A DNA stretch of 64,000 bases from an uncultured Phycisphaerales bacterium (GTDB taxonomy: Bacteria > Planctomycetota > Phycisphaerae > Sedimentisphaerales > Anaerobacaceae): assembly GCA_963718665.1 (NCBI GenBank), contig OY970359.1, positions 832,001 to 896,000 of the forward strand, read 5' to 3'. How positions within the stretch are numbered: position 1 is the stretch's first letter; each line of letters starts with the position of its first letter. Position numbers and translations under genes: made by a program. The notes below the pieces were generated by a model. The model did no database searches, had not been told where the DNA came from, and saw only the letters and a program-made list of their open reading frames with translations. Below are positions 63,993 through 64,000 of this stretch, one piece after another.

Positions 63993-64000
63993 CGGCAGTT

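Overview
Bacterial chromosomal window, most likely Planctomycetota (Phycisphaerae-like; inferred from gene order, EF-Tu and L14 insertions and the repeat content). Positions 1-31.3 kb are one continuous minus-strand translation/transcription supercluster: tRNA-Thr, tuf, rpmG, tRNA-Trp, secE, nusG, rplKAJL, rpoBC, rpsLG, fusA, then the S10, spc and alpha operons as far as rpsD. Positions 31.7-64 kb hold housekeeping and accessory genes: xerD, galE, hexokinase, ribBA, nfnAB, ftsW-murG, ispG, a short Rho paralog, a GH27, an FlgM-like protein, a GH57-glycogen synthase fusion and an HNH-AP2 endonuclease. Many small REP-like hairpins and 7-9 nt tandem repeats lie between them. Single-base frameshifts in rpsK, rpoC, rplA, rplK and the hexokinase point to indel errors in the assembly, so fusions and pseudogenes need checking. 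Best leads: (1) ribosomal protein L22 with an N-terminal XRE/Cro-like HTH domain, in an S10 operon that has its own strong promoter and a ~420-nt structured leader; (2) an AT-rich two-gene operon (wHTH-like protein plus 790-aa GHKL ATPase) behind a perfect sigma70 promoter, a candidate undescribed defence system; (3) nested REP-like hairpins, one inserted in frame inside ispG; (4) four 9-7-9 inverted-repeat sites resembling tyrosine-recombinase core sites; (5) an HNH-AP2 nuclease reading in frame into the GH57-glycogen synthase gene.
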